Assembly (NCBI RefSeq): GCF_900187275.1
Contig: NZ_LT906458.1
Location: 1,170,001-1,202,000, forward strand
Source of the DNA: Pasteurella multocida
GTDB taxonomy: Bacteria; Pseudomonadota; Gammaproteobacteria; Enterobacterales; Pasteurellaceae
Reading direction: 5' to 3'
Length of the DNA stretch: 32,000 bases
Under the pieces are notes generated by a model. It was not told the origin of the DNA. It searched no databases and was given only the letters and a program-made list of their open reading frames with translations. Positions 28,313 through 32,000 of this stretch are shown here, piece by piece. Position 1 is the stretch's first letter. Each line of letters opens with the position of its first letter. A program made the translations under genes and the position numbers.

Positions 28313-29230
28313 TTAAATCAGCACTTGTGTTGGCGCTTCATAACCATGTGGAATGGCTTGTTTGTCATCAAATGTCACAAACTCCCACGCTTCTTGATTA
28401 GCTAAAACCGCACGCAATAATTTGTTATTTAGCCCATGACCGGATTTATAGGCTTTAAAGTCACCGATAATGTTATAACCCGCCATGTATAAATCACCAA
28501 TGGCATCTAACATTTTATGACGCACAAGTTCATCTTTAAAACGTAAGCCGTCTTCGTTCAAAATACGATAATCGTCTAACACAATCGCATTATCTAAACT
28601 GCCACCTAGCGCTAAACCTTGCGATTGAAGATATTCAATATCTTTCATAAAGCCAAAAGTTCTTGCACGGCTAATTTGTTGAACAAAGGCTTGTGCGGAG
28701 AAATCCATCACATAATTACGCACATCTTTACCAATCGCAGGGTGCTCAAAGTCAATGGTAAAGTCTAAGCGGAATCCATTATATGGCGTGAACTCTGCCC
28801 ATTTATCGCCATCCTCAACACGAACTTTTTGTTTGATGCGAATAAATTTTTTCGCTGCGTTTTGCTCTTCAATACCCGCATCAAGTAAAAGGTAAATAAA
28901 CGGACTGGCGCTACCATCCATAATTGGAATTTCCGGCGCATCCACTTCAATAATCACGTTATCAATACCTAATCCAGCTAACGCGGCATTCAAATGTTCA
29001 ACCGTTGAAATACGCACGCCTTCTTCATTCACTAAACAAGTACACAGCATTGTATCACGTACAGCATTGGCATTTGCCGGGAACGTCACTGGCGGATTTA
29101 AATCCGTACGACAGTAGATGACACCCGTATTTGCCATAGCGGGACGTAACGTCAAGGTTACTTTATTACCACTATGTAAGCCTACGCCGGTGACTTTAAT
29201 GCTCTGTTTTAATGTTCTTTGCTTAATCAT
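28313..29230 (-). CDS. lpxC: UDP-3-O-acyl-N-acetylglucosamine deacetylase
   Basis: 305 aa, [17 protein letters not shown]..., near-complete collinearity with LpxC. It is downstream of ftsZ as in other gamma-proteobacteria. Confidence 0.97.
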   Translation of the reverse strand: MIKQRTLKQSIKVTGVGLHSGNKVTLTLRPAMANTGVIYCRTDLNPPVTFPANANAVRDTMLCTCLVNEEGVRISTVEHLNAALAGLGIDNVIIEVDAPEIPIMDGSASPFIYLLLDAGIEEQNAAKKFIRIKQKVRVEDGDKWAEFTPYNGFRLDFTIDFEHPAIGKDVRNYVMDFSAQAFVQQISRARTFGFMKDIEYLQSQGLALGGSLDNAIVLDDYRILNEDGLRFKDELVRHKMLDAIGDLYMAGYNIIGDFKAYKSGHGLNNKLLRAVLANQEAWEFVTFDDKQAIPHGYEAPTQVLI

Positions 29231-29275
29231 ATCTTTCTCTTAACTTATTGTGATAACAACAAGGTTAATTTCAAT

Positions 29276-30580
29276 TTATTTATCTGTATTGCGGATGAAA
29301 TTTTGCACATTAAACAAATTTTCATCTTTTTGCAAGTTATTTGAGGTACGCGCTGTGATTGGCGTATCCAAAATACTGGTTTTGGTTAAATCTGTTGGTC
29401 GTGGTGGCACATGCCCTTGCTGAGCACCATAACCAGAACTTGGGGTCGGATGACCACTCAAATTCGCAGGTTGTAACGGTCTTGACTCACCGACCGTGTG
29501 TTGAATAGGCTGTTGTTGACGATGTGGCATCGGCATCTCTGGCGCTTCAATATCGCCAATACCTGTTGCAACAATGGTCACACGAATTTCATCAACCATT
29601 TCAGGCACTAGCGTGGTACCAATTACAACAGTGGCTTCTTCTGAGGCAAACTCAGCGACAGTCTTACCAACTACATTAAATTCATCAAGCCCGAGATCCA
29701 TACCCGATGTGATATTAACTAATACCCCTTTAGCGCCGGATAAATCAACACGTTCTAATAAATCACTTTTCACTGCAATGCGTGTCGCTTCTTCAGCACG
29801 ACCTTCGCCAGCCGTACCTTTACAAGAACCAAAGCCAATCATCGCTTGTCCCATTTCTGACATCACCGTACGCACGTCAGCAAAGTCCACGTTGATTAAC
29901 CCTGGAGAGGTAATCATATCCGAAATCCCAGTCACAGAATTACGTAACACATCATTAGCCGCAGAGAAAGCTTGAAGCAACGTCGCATTTTTAGGTAACG
30001 CTTTAGCCAGTTGCTCATTTGGAATAATAATCAGAGAATCGACGTGTTTAGAAAGTTCTTTAATCCCCATTTCAGCAAATAACATCCGTTTTTTGCCTTC
30101 AAAAGAGAACGGTTTTGTGACGACAGCAACAGTTAAAATACCCAGTTCTTTAGCAATTTGTGCAACGATTGGCGCGGCACCTGTTCCTGTACCACCGCCC
30201 ATGCCCGCTGCGATAAAGACCATATCTGCCCCTTCAAGCATCGCCCGAATAGCTTCTTGGTCATCTTCTGCCGCTTTACGTCCAACATTCGGATTGGCAC
30301 CTGCACCTAAACCTTTTGTTGTTGAACCACCAATTTGGACGGTTTGCTGAACTTGGCTTTTACGTAAAGCTTGTGCATCCGTGTTCACAGCATAAAAAAT
30401 AATTTTGCCATGTTCATCTGAATTCATGACTGCTTCATCTAAAAGTGTTCCACCAATATCATTTTTAATCATATTGGCTACCATGTGGTTAACAGCGTTA
30501 CCGCCACCACCACCGACGCCCACAACTTTAATGAGAGCTCCGTCCATTTCACCAAGATCATAATCTACTGGTTCAAACAT
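29276..30580 (-). CDS. ftsZ: Cell division GTPase FtsZ
   Basis: 434 aa from MFEP (ATG 30580, GGAGA 7 nt upstream; the track ORF adds MN), with GGGGGNA and [13 protein letters not shown] tubulin signatures. It has an extra segment after helix H1 and a long Q/P-rich linker. Confidence 0.96.
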   Translation of the reverse strand: MFEPVDYDLGEMDGALIKVVGVGGGGGNAVNHMVANMIKNDIGGTLLDEAVMNSDEHGKIIFYAVNTDAQALRKSQVQQTVQIGGSTTKGLGAGANPNVGRKAAEDDQEAIRAMLEGADMVFIAAGMGGGTGTGAAPIVAQIAKELGILTVAVVTKPFSFEGKKRMLFAEMGIKELSKHVDSLIIIPNEQLAKALPKNATLLQAFSAANDVLRNSVTGISDMITSPGLINVDFADVRTVMSEMGQAMIGFGSCKGTAGEGRAEEATRIAVKSDLLERVDLSGAKGVLVNITSGMDLGLDEFNVVGKTVAEFASEEATVVIGTTLVPEMVDEIRVTIVATGIGDIEAPEMPMPHRQQQPIQHTVGESRPLQPANLSGHPTPSSGYGAQQGHVPPRPTDLTKTSILDTPITARTSNNLQKDENLFNVQNFIRNTDK

Positions 30581-30664
30581 ATTCATTCTCCGTCAATGCT
30601 AATTCTCTGCTAGCACATTATTAAAACCTAAATATTTCTTATTGTAGATGAAAAATAGGAATTC

Positions 30665-31945
30665 TCAAAACTCTGAACCTACTTTCTTTGCAATTTTTTT
30701 CATTCCAGACCAAAGGGAACCAAAAAAACCACTTTCATTACTATAAGCATCATTAATTGGGCTTTCATCATTGCTACTATATTCATACTGTAATAAGCCA
30801 AGTACTGTAGAATATTGCGGTTTTTTCTCTACGAGATGAGTAACCCCAGTAATATTGAGTGGATTACCAATACGTACATGCAAACCAAATACATCCGTTG
30901 CACATTCTTTCAAGTCTTTAATTTGCGCGCCACCGCCGGTGATAACAATACCCGCGATTAACTCAAATTTCATTTGTTTACTTTCTAAATCATATTTAAG
31001 CTGAATGAGTTCTTCTTTGACTAATTCAAGAATCTCACGATAACGCCCCGCGGTAACATTAGATAAACGTGTTTTTGAACAACGCTCAATCACACTGCCA
31101 TCAATACTCATGACATCAAATTGTTCTTCTGGGTTTTGTCTTGGTGGTGTCACCGCACTACCGTATTTGACTTTAATATTCTCAGCTTCAACACGAGAGG
31201 TTGTTAAATCATATGCAATATCATCAGTCACACGATTGCCAGCATAAGGGATGACTTTACTAAAACGTAATGCGCCATTGGTATACACCATCACTTCCAT
31301 AGTACCTGCACCAAAATCAATCAAGCACACCCCTAAATCTTTCTCATCTTCAGTTAACACCGAATGGCTTGTTGCAATTCCAGAGAAAATCACTTTGTCA
31401 ATTTTCAGTTTACAGCGTTCAACCGCTTGACGTAAGTTATTTAGCCAATCCTGGTGGCAAGCAATTAAATGCACATTAGAAGTTAAACGACCACCTTGAA
31501 AACCCAGTGGATTTTTAATATTTTTTTGCTGATCAACGGCATATTCTTGTGGCAAACGATGCAACACCACTAATCCTTCTGGCATTTTGATTGAACTCGC
31601 TGTATGCAAGGCCGCATCAATATCTTCTTGTGTCACTTCTGTATCTGCAATCGGCGCAGCACCACTGTCATTCCAACTTTGGATATGTTGACCAGTTATC
31701 GCTAACGTAACACTAATAATTTCACAATCTGCCACCGACTCTGCTAATTCAATCGCTCTTTGTACTGAAGTCACAACCGCATTTAAATCGGTAATATTGC
31801 CCTTATCAATGCCTTTAGCAGGACAACTGCCTACTCCTAGAATATTCACTACGCCATCAGGTAAAAGTTCACCGACTAAAGCCACGACTTTAGATGTCCC
31901 CACCTCTAATCCAACAATAATTTTTGATTCCACAATTTTTGCCAT
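30665..31945 (-). CDS. ftsA: Cell division protein FtsA
   Basis: Actin-like ATPase ([24 protein letters not shown]) with a C-terminal amphipathic membrane-targeting helix ([14 protein letters not shown]). The start is ATG 31945, or alternatively GTG 31954. Confidence 0.94.
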   Translation of the reverse strand: MAKIVESKIIVGLEVGTSKVVALVGELLPDGVVNILGVGSCPAKGIDKGNITDLNAVVTSVQRAIELAESVADCEIISVTLAITGQHIQSWNDSGAAPIADTEVTQEDIDAALHTASSIKMPEGLVVLHRLPQEYAVDQQKNIKNPLGFQGGRLTSNVHLIACHQDWLNNLRQAVERCKLKIDKVIFSGIATSHSVLTEDEKDLGVCLIDFGAGTMEVMVYTNGALRFSKVIPYAGNRVTDDIAYDLTTSRVEAENIKVKYGSAVTPPRQNPEEQFDVMSIDGSVIERCSKTRLSNVTAGRYREILELVKEELIQLKYDLESKQMKFELIAGIVITGGGAQIKDLKECATDVFGLHVRIGNPLNITGVTHLVEKKPQYSTVLGLLQYEYSSNDESPINDAYSNESGFFGSLWSGMKKIAKKVGSEF

Positions 31946-31970
31946 TTTTATCACTTTACATCGTCTAAAA

Positions 31971-32000
31971 CTAATTTATGTCAGCCTCTGAAAATCCTAC
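31971..32000 (-). CDS. ftsQ: Probable 3' end of ftsQ (only 9 codons plus stop visible)
   Basis: This is the only minus-strand frame open at the right edge (..VGFSEADIN*), ending 25 nt before the ftsA ATG. The call rests on ftsQAZ synteny alone. Confidence 0.3.
   Translation of the reverse strand, partial: VGFSEADIN

Overview
This window reads as an ordinary core-chromosome segment of a Pasteurellaceae genome of the Haemophilus/Aggregatibacter/Pasteurella type. It is AT-rich (roughly 40% GC by eye, not computed) and carries 14 perfect copies of the Hin-type uptake signal sequence core AAGTGCGGT. I call 35 complete and 2 edge-truncated CDS, all with recognisable housekeeping homologues. In order they are: rnb' (3' part); murA-ibaG-mlaBCDEF (minus); lptC-lptA-lptB-ptsN-rapZ (plus); xseA, roxA, ratB-ratA (minus); pth-ychF (plus); an ArcD-type antiporter; a nitroreductase; an M20 carbamoyl-amidohydrolase; ytfJ; yjdM/phnA; a small secreted Excalibur-domain protein; rbsDACBK-rbsR with a textbook CRP site and RbsR operator; pheA; yqhD; and lpxC-ftsZ-ftsA-'ftsQ (minus). 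I see no tRNA/rRNA, CRISPR array, IS element, integrase, phage or plasmid genes, and no pseudogenes. I did not find convincing evidence for a novel multi-gene system, so the findings are modest. (1) The PtsN (EIIA-Ntr) homologue has Lys where the phospho-acceptor His should be, in an lpt-ptsN-rapZ cluster that cleanly lacks rpoN, hpf and npr. (2) A canonical terminator hairpin sits about 20 nt upstream of the RBS of the M20 amidohydrolase, which makes it a possible conditional leader. (3) A perfect 9-bp inverted repeat overlaps the predicted pth promoter. (4) pheA has no room for a pheL-type leader. (5) FtsZ has an N-terminal insertion and a Pro-less C-terminal peptide. (6) An orphan ArcD-type exchanger lies near the carbamoyl-amidohydrolase. 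All functional calls rest on my reading of the translated ORFs against remembered family sequences and motifs; no database search was run.
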